A stretch of DNA of 64,000 bases, taken from Verrucomicrobiia bacterium (GTDB taxonomy: Bacteria > Verrucomicrobiota > Verrucomicrobiia > Limisphaerales > UBA9464). Shown one piece after another: positions 19,570 through 28,068 of this stretch; positions within the stretch are counted from its first letter, which is position 1; each line of letters begins with the position of its first letter. The stretch spans positions 173,474-237,473 of the forward strand of contig JAHCBB010000005.1 in the NCBI GenBank assembly GCA_019634635.1, in the 5' to 3' direction. Both the position numbers and the translations under genes were made by a program. Under the pieces are notes generated by a model. It made no database searches, was not told where the DNA came from, and was given only the letters and a program-made list of their open reading frames with translations.

Positions 19570-20484
19570 TCAGTGGGTCATGACGTAGAACACGATGTTG
19601 ATGCCCAGGGGATAGGCGATCTTCTCCGAAAAGTTGTGGAAGTAGTAGTCGTCCTCGCCCTCGCGCTCCCAGCCGTCGCCATTGTCCGTGTTGTGCGTGG
19701 CCAGGACCATCAGGCGGCCTTTGTCGTCGGTGATCCCCCGGTGGTGCACCTCCCGGGCGTCCGAACGTTCCCACGTCACACCGGTGTACTGGCTCCGGAC
19801 GCCCAGGCCGACATTCGGCACCTGTCCCTTTTCCTGGATCTCAAAGACACAGTGGTACAGCGGATGGTCGAGCGGCAGTTCCGCAAACGACCGGTCCGGG
19901 AACACCCGCTTCATCTTCGCCTCGCAGTTCGCCCACTCGTTCTCGCCCCAGAAGTCATCCAGCATCAGGAAGCCGCCGTTCAACAGATAGTCCCGCAGTG
20001 CCGCGGCTTCGGCCTCGCTGAGATCCAGGCCGCCGGGTTCGACGATGTAGATGAAGGGGTACTGGGCGAGGTCGGGGTCGGTGAGCCGCAGGATTCGCCC
20101 GTCGGGGTCCACCTTCATCGAGGTCATCTGCTGGAGCCGGTAGGACAGGTTCAAGTCGCTGTCCGGAAGGTCGGTGTCCCAGCCCCCGCGTCCGCCCCAG
20201 CCCCGCGAGTCATAAACGATCCGCGCGAAGGTGAAGACGTCGTGCTCGAATCCGGGCGCGTTGGTCCACATCGGGGTGCCCGTGCTGTGCGAGGGCACTT
20301 CGCGTGCGGTCCGCTCGCGCCCGGTCGCGCCCCCCTCCCATCCCCAACCGCGTCCGCCACGCCGCTGCGCCAGCGCCCAGCCCGAGGCCAGCACCAGTCC
20401 CGCAAGCAGGGCGAGTCCCCACGTGCCACGCAACGTCCGTTCGACCGGGCGGCGCCCGCCGGAGGATGGGGACGTGGGGCTCAT
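19570..20484 (-). CDS. Secreted protein, tentatively DUF4159 family (Bat/MoxR-operon associated), paralog 1.
   Basis: Signal peptide (GLALLAGLVLASGWALA). Conserved core TGTPMWTNAPGFEHDVFTFARI ... TDLPDSDLNLSYRLQQMTSMKVDPDGRILRLTDPDL ... GGFLMLDDFWGENEWANCE ... GWEREGEDDYYFHNFSEKIAYPLGINIVFYVMTH. The family name is from memory of Pfam PF13709 and is not certain. Confidence 0.55.
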   Translation of the reverse strand: MSPTSPSSGGRRPVERTLRGTWGLALLAGLVLASGWALAQRRGGRGWGWEGGATGRERTAREVPSHSTGTPMWTNAPGFEHDVFTFARIVYDSRGWGGRGGWDTDLPDSDLNLSYRLQQMTSMKVDPDGRILRLTDPDLAQYPFIYIVEPGGLDLSEAEAAALRDYLLNGGFLMLDDFWGENEWANCEAKMKRVFPDRSFAELPLDHPLYHCVFEIQEKGQVPNVGLGVRSQYTGVTWERSDAREVHHRGITDDKGRLMVLATHNTDNGDGWEREGEDDYYFHNFSEKIAYPLGINIVFYVMTH

Positions 20485-20488
20485 CGCA

Positions 20489-21364
20489 TCAATGGGTCAA
20501 CGTGTAGAACACGATGTTCACTCCGAGAGGGTAGGCGATCTTTTCGGAGAAGGTGTGAAAATAATAGTCGTCCTCGCCCTCGCGCTCCCAGCCGTCGGCG
20601 GTGTCGGTGTTGTGCAGGGCGAGCACCATCAGTCGTCCCCGGTCGTCGGCGATGCCGCGGTGGTGAACCGTGCGTACATCGCCGTCGTGGTTCGTCTCCC
20701 ACGTCACCCCGGTTTCCCGGCTGCGGATGCCGAGGCGCACGTTCGCCACCTGGGCCTTGGACGTGATGGTGAACACGCCGTGATAGACCGGATGATCCAG
20801 CGGCAATTCGAAGAAGCTGCGTTCGGGAAACACCCGCTTCATCATCGTCTCGCAATTGGCCCACTCGCTGTCGCCCCAGAAGTCGTCCATCAACAGAAAC
20901 CCACCGTTCAGCAGATGCCTGCGGAGCGCCTCCGCCTCGGGCGCGGTGAGGTGGAGGGCGCCGGGCGCCGAGACGAACAGGAACGGATGCAGGGCAAGGT
21001 CCGGATCCGTGAGGCGGATGAGGCGCCCGTCGGGATCCACCCGCATCGAGGTCATCTGCTGGATCCGGAACGACAGGTTGAGATCACTGTCCGGCAGGTC
21101 GGTGGTCCAGCCGCCGCCCCCCCATCGGCGCGAGGCCGGGTCCTTGTCGTAACGCACCCGCGCAAACGTGAAGACGTCGTGCTCGAACCCCGGCGCATTG
21201 GTCCACACCGGCGTGCCGGTGCTGCGACTGCCCACGTCGCGCGCGGTCCGGATGGATTCCGGGACGTCAATCTCCCCGCCACCAAGAAACCCGCGCTGCG
21301 CGAGCCCGGTGAAACCCGAGGCCGCCACCATCGCCAGGCCCAGCAGAAGCGTCACGATCCTCAT
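20489..21364 (-). CDS. Secreted protein, tentatively DUF4159 family, paralog 2 (tandem duplicate of 19570..20484).
   Basis: Trimmed to MRIVTLLLGLAMVAASGFTGLAQ (signal peptide). The ATG overlaps the stop of the TPR/peptidase gene (ATGA at 21361-21364). The sequence is colinear and roughly 65-70% identical to paralog 1 (TGTPVWTNAPGFEHDVFTFARV ... GWEREGEDDYYFHTFSEKIAYPLGVNIVFYTLTH). Confidence 0.55.
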   Translation of the reverse strand: MRIVTLLLGLAMVAASGFTGLAQRGFLGGGEIDVPESIRTARDVGSRSTGTPVWTNAPGFEHDVFTFARVRYDKDPASRRWGGGGWTTDLPDSDLNLSFRIQQMTSMRVDPDGRLIRLTDPDLALHPFLFVSAPGALHLTAPEAEALRRHLLNGGFLLMDDFWGDSEWANCETMMKRVFPERSFFELPLDHPVYHGVFTITSKAQVANVRLGIRSRETGVTWETNHDGDVRTVHHRGIADDRGRLMVLALHNTDTADGWEREGEDDYYFHTFSEKIAYPLGVNIVFYTLTH

Positions 21365-23988
21365 GGGTGCACGGGTTCCCCCGACACCGGCGTGCGCTGC
21401 AGGCTCAGCAGCAACCGGAGCGCCTCGCGATTTCGTGGGGCGTCCTCGAGGGACGCCAGCAGCTCCTGACGAGCGCCCGGCTGCCCGGCCGCGTCCAGAG
21501 CCCGTGCCAGGCGGAAGCGGACATCGGCCGGATTGGGCGGATCGAGGTTCAGCAGGGTTCGCAGCGGCGCAATCGCACCGGCCGGCGTTCCCGCCGCCTC
21601 CGCGGCGCGCGCCAGGGTCCGGTAGGGGGCGGGCACCAGGGGCTGCACCGCCAGGAACCGGCGGGCGGCCAGTGCGGCCTGATCCCAGTCGCCGGCCTCC
21701 TCCGCCAGCTCCATCAGGCGAAGGCACTCCTCGGAGGCGGTGGCGTCCTCAAGAATCACGGCCGCCAGCAACGCACGCTCGGCGGCGGTTTCGCCCAGGG
21801 ACCGGTACACCCGGGCGAGCAGCCGCCCCGCACTGCCGGGGCCGGATTGCCCGGGAAAGAGCGCCCGCAGCGTTTGCAACGGCTCGCGGGCCCCGTCCCA
21901 GTCACCGGCGGCGATCCGGGAGGCGGCGCGCTCCGACAAGTCCCAGAAGTTCGTGGGGCCGGACTGGATCCAATCCCGGCGCGCGGCGTCTCCCGCCAGC
22001 GGGTTTCCACCCGGGGGTTTGTCCCACGCCAGTCCCGGAGCCAGTCCCCGTGCCTGTTCGCGGGCGTACGCTTCGAAGGCCGGCTCCAATGCCGCCAGCG
22101 GGGCGACACGGCGTTCAAGGAGGGTGTTGATCTCCCCGCCCCCGCCAAGGTCCTCCAGCAGTTGAACGACCGCTTCGTGCCCGTACCGCTCCACCAGGAA
22201 GTCCACCAGCAGGCCCGCCTCGAAATACGCAAACTGCAGGTGCAGGGGCGACTTCGGCATCAGGAACGCAGCGCTCAGACGGCCCACGGGCGTCAGTTCA
22301 CCGCCGAGGATCATCTCGCGGTATCGCGGCTTCAGCGGCTGGCCCCACGTGGGATCCTCCTGACGCTCCTCATGCACCGACAGCCCCTCGCTGAACCAGC
22401 GGGGCATCCGGTTGCGGGTCTTCTGCAACGTGACCACGTGACAATATTCGTGCCACAGCACCGCCTCCCAGTTGACGGGGTCGGCGGATTGCGTCGCCGG
22501 ACTGTTCGCCGTGATCACCCGGCCAAAGCAGACGCCGAGATACCCCGGATTCTCCGGCATGCCGAACGTGCGCACGCCAAAATCCTTCTGCTGATGGAAG
22601 ATCTCCACCAGGGTGGGTTCCTCGAGCGTGACGTCGTATTTGGGCACCAAAGTGGCGCGGGCGCGCTCCAGGAGTTCCAGCACCCGGGCGCCATACACGG
22701 CCGCCTCCGGCGCATGCATGCGCACGATGAAGTGCTCGTTGGTGAGCGTGGTGAACTGCGACAGCACCTCGTGGAGGGTCACCAGGTTGTAGGCCGCGAC
22801 GTCGTAGGCGTCCCGCCGGTGCACGGCCTCCACCAGCCGCCAGCCTTCCTCCTCCTCGCCCAGCCGCAGAAGGTCGCTGGCCAGCTGGGCACTGGCGGGC
22901 AGATAAGCGGGGTCCATGGACAATGCCCGTCGTTGTAACGCGGCTCCCTCCGCAAACCGGTATTTCTGGGACAGTTTTTTGCCGATCAGGTGGTCCACCC
23001 GGGGATTGTTGGTCCAGTGGCGCAGTCCGGTGGCCCGGGCTTCCTCCTCCGCTGCGCTGTCGTGGCGCAGATGCGCCATCACCGCAAACAGCGCCCAGGC
23101 GTCGGGATGCACCGGATTCACGGCCACCACCTGTCCCAGCAGATTGGAGGTGCCGGCATAGTCTTCCCCGTCGAGCCCGTGCTCGGCCAGCGACAGCAGA
23201 CTGGGCACGTGGCGCGGATTCAGCTTCAGTGCCGTCTCCAGCGCGGTGACCATTTCCGCCCGGTCGCTGCCGGCAAACGCACGGGCACGACCCCAATGGA
23301 GGTCCGGATCCTCCGGCAGCTGCTTCAGCCCCTCATCGAACACGCGACCGGCCAGCGCGAAGTCGCTTTTCTCCAGCGCCAGCTCGCCGCGCGCCAGGTA
23401 GGCGTCGCGCAGCGCGGGGTCCGCCTGCGACGCCGGCAGGTAGATTTTTTCCAGCACCTGCTTGGGATCAATGCCCAAGGCCAGCGCCGAGCGACCGAAG
23501 ATCACCAGGCTCGCCGGGTCCCGATACGAGTACACCCGGGAACCCACCAGTTGCTGGATTTCCTCCAGCATTTCTGCCGCCCGGACCTGATCGCCGTTCG
23601 CCTGGAAGGCCTCACGGGCCATCCAGCGAAGCCGGATGCTCCGGGCATTGGACGGCAGGGCATTCGTGGCAGCCCGCCACGCCTCAGGGGCGCGTCCAAC
23701 GTCCAACAACGTCTGGATCTGGAGCAGTCGCCATTCTTCGCTTCGCTCCCCCGCCGCAATGGCCTGCTCACACGCGCGGATCACCTGGTCGTACTTTCCT
23801 TCGAGGCGCCACTGTCGCGCGTCAGACACCTCAGCCGCTTGTCCGGGGCCGCCGATCACCAGGAAGGCCAGCGCGCACATCCACCGCCAGCAGCGGCGAC
23901 GTTCGCCGCGGCAGTGGTCCGGGCGGTCGAGGGCTTTGGGGAGGGGATTCACCGGAAAATAATGGGCCTCAGCTCCGCGAAATCTCAA
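21361..23988 (-). CDS. TPR-repeat protein with a peptidase-MA-like zinc metalloprotease domain (HExxH); the BatC-like position in the operon.
   Basis: HEXXH motif in VLWHEYCHVVTLQKTRNRMPRWFSEGLSVHEE. TPR-like helical repeats occur at both ends. It is the first gene of the minus-strand operon. A possible signal peptide at the internal Met (MCALAFLVIGGPGQAA) would put the start at 23880. Confidence 0.6.
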   Translation of the reverse strand: MRFRGAEAHYFPVNPLPKALDRPDHCRGERRRCWRWMCALAFLVIGGPGQAAEVSDARQWRLEGKYDQVIRACEQAIAAGERSEEWRLLQIQTLLDVGRAPEAWRAATNALPSNARSIRLRWMAREAFQANGDQVRAAEMLEEIQQLVGSRVYSYRDPASLVIFGRSALALGIDPKQVLEKIYLPASQADPALRDAYLARGELALEKSDFALAGRVFDEGLKQLPEDPDLHWGRARAFAGSDRAEMVTALETALKLNPRHVPSLLSLAEHGLDGEDYAGTSNLLGQVVAVNPVHPDAWALFAVMAHLRHDSAAEEEARATGLRHWTNNPRVDHLIGKKLSQKYRFAEGAALQRRALSMDPAYLPASAQLASDLLRLGEEEEGWRLVEAVHRRDAYDVAAYNLVTLHEVLSQFTTLTNEHFIVRMHAPEAAVYGARVLELLERARATLVPKYDVTLEEPTLVEIFHQQKDFGVRTFGMPENPGYLGVCFGRVITANSPATQSADPVNWEAVLWHEYCHVVTLQKTRNRMPRWFSEGLSVHEERQEDPTWGQPLKPRYREMILGGELTPVGRLSAAFLMPKSPLHLQFAYFEAGLLVDFLVERYGHEAVVQLLEDLGGGGEINTLLERRVAPLAALEPAFEAYAREQARGLAPGLAWDKPPGGNPLAGDAARRDWIQSGPTNFWDLSERAASRIAAGDWDGAREPLQTLRALFPGQSGPGSAGRLLARVYRSLGETAAERALLAAVILEDATASEECLRLMELAEEAGDWDQAALAARRFLAVQPLVPAPYRTLARAAEAAGTPAGAIAPLRTLLNLDPPNPADVRFRLARALDAAGQPGARQELLASLEDAPRNREALRLLLSLQRTPVSGEPVHP

Positions 23989-24204
23989 GGCCCGGGAGAT
24001 GCAACTCCGGAAGCCCGGGCCGCCCCCGGTGCCCGCGGTCTGGGAACGCAGGGGGTGTCCGTCACCGGAGCACCCCCCGCGCTCCCGTCCAACCCGTCAC
24101 GAGCAGGACCAATCGGGCGGTCGCGTTGTGGGGAGCGACCTGCCGGTGGAAAGACTCACCCACCCCGGGGGCCGGTTACAGAAATCCTGCCGTGGCCCCA
24201 AGGA

Positions 24205-24226
24205 TTTGTGCAGCGGCCGGCACAAA
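24205..24226. promoter_or_regulatory. Perfect 7-bp inverted repeat TTTGTGC-N8-GCACAAA in the divergent promoter region.
   Basis: tttgtgcAGCGGCCGgcacaaa at 24205-24226. It lies 54 nt upstream of the TPR/rsmB start (24280) and about 220 nt upstream of the Bat-like operon start, and is followed by ttctggttttcg. Confidence 0.3.
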
Positions 24227-24279
24227 CTTCTGGTTTTCGTGCTCGCCCGCGCGCCGCCAGTCGCCTTCGCTCGGGGTTC

Positions 24280-25167
24280 ATGAGGCGCATCCTGACGCTC
24301 CTTTGCTGGACGGTGGGGGTCGTCGTCGCCAGTGCGGACGACCCCAAGCCGCTGTCCGTGCGCGACCGCGCCATGGCGGCCTGGAGGGCGGGCAACCACA
24401 CCAATGCCATCGCCCTGACCACGGAGGTCCTCACCGCCGAGCCCAAGGACTCGAGGATGTGGCATCTGCGGGGACAGATGCGATCGCTCACGGGCGACCG
24501 GCAGGGCGCCGCGGACGACTTCACCGAGGCGCTGCGGCTGACCCCGGGATCCCCATCGCTGCATCAGGAGCGTGCGATCGTGCGTTTCTTTCTGGGGCAA
24601 CTCACCGGGGCCGTCGCGGACTTTGACCGCGCCAACGAACTGGACCCGGCCGCCGCCCCGCGGAACTGGCAGCGGGGACTGGCGTTGTTTTACGCCAAGC
24701 GCTACGACGACGGCCGGAAACAGTTTGAAATCCATCGCACGGTCAACCCCAATGATGTTGAGAACGCGGTCTGGCACTATGCGTGCGTCGCCCGGACCGA
24801 AGGCCTCGAGGCCGCCCGGGCGCAGTTGATGCCGATCCGCGGAGACAGCCGTATTCCGATGGCGGAGGTCCACGATCTGTTTGCGGGAACCGGGGATGAA
24901 GAGGACGTGCTGGAAGCGGCCCGGGAGGCGTCCGGTGGCGCCCGGGAACGGAGAATGGCCCGGTTCTACGCCCAGCTCTACCTCGGCTTGTACCGGGACC
25001 TTCACGGCAACAAGGATTCCGCATTGGACGCCATGCGCGAGGCCGTCGTCCTCGCCCTGCCCCAGGATTACATGGGGGAGGTTGCCCGGATTCATCTCCG
25101 GGAGCTGGAGCCGCCGAAGGCCAACGCCGAATCCCCGGACCCGTCCGCTCCCAAGATTTCCCCATGA
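24280..25167 (+). CDS. Secreted TPR-repeat protein.
   Basis: Internal start MRRILTLLCWTVGVVVASA (signal peptide) within track ORF 22990..25167. TPR-like helical repeats (AWRAGNHTNAIALTTEVLTAEPKDSRMWHLRGQMRS..., YAQLYLGLYRD). Its stop overlaps the rsmB-like ATG (ATGA). Confidence 0.55.
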   Translation: MRRILTLLCWTVGVVVASADDPKPLSVRDRAMAAWRAGNHTNAIALTTEVLTAEPKDSRMWHLRGQMRSLTGDRQGAADDFTEALRLTPGSPSLHQERAIVRFFLGQLTGAVADFDRANELDPAAAPRNWQRGLALFYAKRYDDGRKQFEIHRTVNPNDVENAVWHYACVARTEGLEAARAQLMPIRGDSRIPMAEVHDLFAGTGDEEDVLEAAREASGGARERRMARFYAQLYLGLYRDLHGNKDSALDAMREAVVLALPQDYMGEVARIHLRELEPPKANAESPDPSAPKISP

Positions 25168-27023
25168 CGTCACCCACCCCCAGCGATCCCGGCGCCCCCG
25201 ATCCCCATGTCCGCAAGACGGGCCAGCCATGGCCCAAGCGATTCACGTTCACCCCGGACGGGAACATGAGCTTCGTCAAGCACGAGGACGCGCGTCGCCG
25301 TCCGACCCGCGGGCCGCGACGCGATGGTCCTCGAGGTTGGGGCGGTGGGGGGGCAGGTCCCGGGACGGGGCCGCGGCCCGCTGGAGGGCGTCCCGAGCGG
25401 GGTCCCTGGAGACCAGAGGGCGCAGTGGGCCCCGGGCGTGCGGACGTTCGTGGACCTGCCGGCAGGGATCCCCGGGACCCATCGCGTGGAAGCGGGCGGG
25501 GGCGCGGACGCGATGAGAGCCCGGCATCGCGCCGGCCAGGGGCGGCTGGAGGCAAGCCGGGTCCATGGACCTCCCCGTCGTCCCAGCGGACCTTTGGTGC
25601 GCCCGGCCGCCCCCAATTTCAGGCCTCCTATCGCCGCCCCTCGACACCCGATCGCCCGGAGCGTGGCGGGGACGACTTCAGGGGTCCGCCGGGCCGGCCG
25701 ACGGACCGATTCCGCAGCCCGCGGACCCAGCGGCCGGAGGAGCGATCGCGTCGGGATTTCGGCCCCGGGCATCACCCCGGACCTTCGGATCCTGCCGCCC
25801 GACCGGACCGGCGCCGTGGACAGGCACCGGTTCGAAGGACGGCGGGAGTGGGGTCCCCAGAGGAGGAGATCCCGGCGCGTCGTGAGGATCTCGCTGCCAG
25901 GATCGTGGAGCGCGCGACGTCGAAAATCGCCGCGGATCTGCTGCTTCGCCAGACCCTCTCGCGCCGTCGTCAGTTAAGTCGTGCCGATGGCGCGTGGATC
26001 AGCCGGGCGGTGTTCAGCACGTTTCGCTGGCAGGGCTGGCTCGATCCCAAGGCCCCGGTCGGGGAGCGGATCACGCAGGCCCTGGCCCTTGCGGACGACT
26101 TTGCCGCCGCACCGGGGCGCTTCGCCGATGACGAGCTGGCGGCGCGCGCGATTCCGTCGTGGGTGGTGGGGGAGTTTCCGGTGACGCCGGAGTGGGTGCG
26201 CTCGCTCCAGAGCGAGCCCGTGCTGTGGCTTCGGGCCCGCGCCGGGATGCGTGAGACGGTGGCTGCTCGGCTCCAGTTCTGCGAGGTGGCTCCGGTTGCC
26301 GCGTTTCCGGACGCGCTCCGATACGACGGCCAGGAGGACCTGTATCGCGAGGAACTGTTCCAATCGGGTGCCTTCGAAATCCAGGACATCGCCTCCCAGG
26401 CGGTGAGCCTCCTCTGCGCGCCGCAGCCGGGGGAAACCTGGTGGGATGCCTGCGCGGGCGAGGGTGGGAAGACCCTGCATCTCTCCGAGCTCATGGGAGG
26501 CAAGGGACTGATCTGGTCGAGCGACCGCGCGGCATGGCGGTTGAACCGGCTGAAGCAGCGCGCTGGCAGGGCTGGATGCTTCAACTATCGCAGCGTTGCC
26601 TGGAATGGCGGGGCGCGACCGCCGACCCGCACGCAGTTCGACGGGGTCCTCCTGGATGCCCCATGCACCGGACTCGGCACGTGGGGGCGCAATCCGCACG
26701 CACGTTGGACGACCGGGCCGGGAGACGTTCGCGAGCTGGCGGTGGTTCAGCAGGACCTCCTGGAACACGTGGCCCCCTCGGTCCGGCCCGGTGGCCGCCT
26801 GATCTACGCCGTCTGCACGCTCACCCCCGAGGAAACCCACGCAATTGCTGCGGCGTTCACCGGGCGGCATCCGGAGTTTGAGGTCCTCCCATTGCCGCAT
26901 CCGTTCGCCCCGGATTCGCCGGCGGCCCCGACACGCACCCTCTGGCCCCAGGAAACCGGCGGCAACGGGATGTTCGTTGCGGCCTGGCGTCGCCTTGCAG
27001 AGCCGGCGCCGGGCGCAGCGTGA
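25164..27023 (+). CDS. RsmB/Sun-family 16S rRNA m5C methyltransferase with an unusual ~230-aa Arg/Gly-rich N-terminal extension.
   Basis: Catalytic motifs WDACAGEGGKTLHLSEL (SAM binding), DAPCTGLGTWGRNPHARW and GGRLIYAVCTLTPEE (catalytic Cys). The N-terminus is GPRRDGPRGWGGGGAGPGTGPRPAGGRPERGPWRPEG...GSGRGRGRDE rather than the usual NusB-like domain. Confidence 0.7.
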   Translation: MTSPTPSDPGAPDPHVRKTGQPWPKRFTFTPDGNMSFVKHEDARRRPTRGPRRDGPRGWGGGGAGPGTGPRPAGGRPERGPWRPEGAVGPGRADVRGPAGRDPRDPSRGSGRGRGRDESPASRRPGAAGGKPGPWTSPSSQRTFGAPGRPQFQASYRRPSTPDRPERGGDDFRGPPGRPTDRFRSPRTQRPEERSRRDFGPGHHPGPSDPAARPDRRRGQAPVRRTAGVGSPEEEIPARREDLAARIVERATSKIAADLLLRQTLSRRRQLSRADGAWISRAVFSTFRWQGWLDPKAPVGERITQALALADDFAAAPGRFADDELAARAIPSWVVGEFPVTPEWVRSLQSEPVLWLRARAGMRETVAARLQFCEVAPVAAFPDALRYDGQEDLYREELFQSGAFEIQDIASQAVSLLCAPQPGETWWDACAGEGGKTLHLSELMGGKGLIWSSDRAAWRLNRLKQRAGRAGCFNYRSVAWNGGARPPTRTQFDGVLLDAPCTGLGTWGRNPHARWTTGPGDVRELAVVQQDLLEHVAPSVRPGGRLIYAVCTLTPEETHAIAAAFTGRHPEFEVLPLPHPFAPDSPAAPTRTLWPQETGGNGMFVAAWRRLAEPAPGAA

Positions 27024-27029
27024 CGACCG

Positions 27030-28058
27030 TCAGGCGTCCGCAAGATCCCACCCGGGAACCGGCTCCGCATCCAGCGGCGTGGGCGGCACGCCCAATTCGA
27101 TCTGGCGCGCGGCCAGCACGCCGACCATGGCGGCGTTGTCGGTGCAGAATTGCGGCTGGGCGATCCGGAGGATGATCCCGTGGCGGGCGCAGCGATCCGC
27201 GAGGGCTTTTCGGAGTCCCGAGTTGCACGACACGCCACCACTGGCCGTGATGCAGCGCCGCCGCTGCCGGCGCGCGGCCCGGACTGTTTTTTCAGCCAGC
27301 ACCTCGACAATCGCCGCCTGGATGGCGGCGCACAGGTTGCGTTGGGATTCCGGATCATCGGCCAGGCCCGGATGACGCTCCAGCAGGTAGCGCACGCTGG
27401 TCTTGAGGCCGCTGAAGCTGAAGTCGTCGTTGTCTTCGGACAGCAGGGGCCGTGGAAAGGCGAACGCCCCGGGATCTCCCACCGCCGCGAGGCGGTCCAC
27501 GAGGGGACCGCCCGGGTAGGGCAAGCCGAGCAGCTTGGCGGTCTTGTCGAAGCATTCGCCCGCGGCGTCATCGAGGGTGCCGCCCAGCACCCGGTGTGTG
27601 CGGTCGGACGCCACCTCGACGAGCAGGGTGTGTCCGCCACTGACGATGAGGGACACGTTGGGTTCCAACGCCTCCCATTCGGCCCGCGGCGGGGAGCCGG
27701 TGATCCAGGGGGAGTAGAGGTGGGCCTGGTGGTGATGGATGCCGAACAAGGGACGGTTCAGGGCGAACGCCAGGGCCGCGGCGGTGGTGAACCCGGCCCG
27801 CAACGCCGCGGGCAATCCCGGCCCGCGGGTCGCCGCGACCGCGCTCACCTGGTCCATGGCAGCCCCGGCCTGGTCGAGGGCGGCGCGGCAGACCGGAAGG
27901 AGGTGCTTCAGATGCTCCCGGGTCGCCAGTTCGGGAACCACCCCGCCGTATTCGGCGTGCAGGTGCACCTGGGAGGACACCACCGTGGACAACACCCGGC
28001 CCGACGCGACCACGGCGGCACTGGTCTCGTCGCAGGAGGTCTCGATCGCCAGGACCAT
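27030..28058 (-). CDS. tsaD: tRNA N6-adenosine threonylcarbamoyltransferase.
   Basis: MVLAIETSCDETSAAVV ... GIHHHQAHLYSP ... HTLLVEV ... Kae1/Gcp family throughout. Confidence 0.85.
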   Translation of the reverse strand: MVLAIETSCDETSAAVVASGRVLSTVVSSQVHLHAEYGGVVPELATREHLKHLLPVCRAALDQAGAAMDQVSAVAATRGPGLPAALRAGFTTAAALAFALNRPLFGIHHHQAHLYSPWITGSPPRAEWEALEPNVSLIVSGGHTLLVEVASDRTHRVLGGTLDDAAGECFDKTAKLLGLPYPGGPLVDRLAAVGDPGAFAFPRPLLSEDNDDFSFSGLKTSVRYLLERHPGLADDPESQRNLCAAIQAAIVEVLAEKTVRAARRQRRRCITASGGVSCNSGLRKALADRCARHGIILRIAQPQFCTDNAAMVGVLAARQIELGVPPTPLDAEPVPGWDLADA

Positions 28059-28068
28059 CCGCGGTGGT

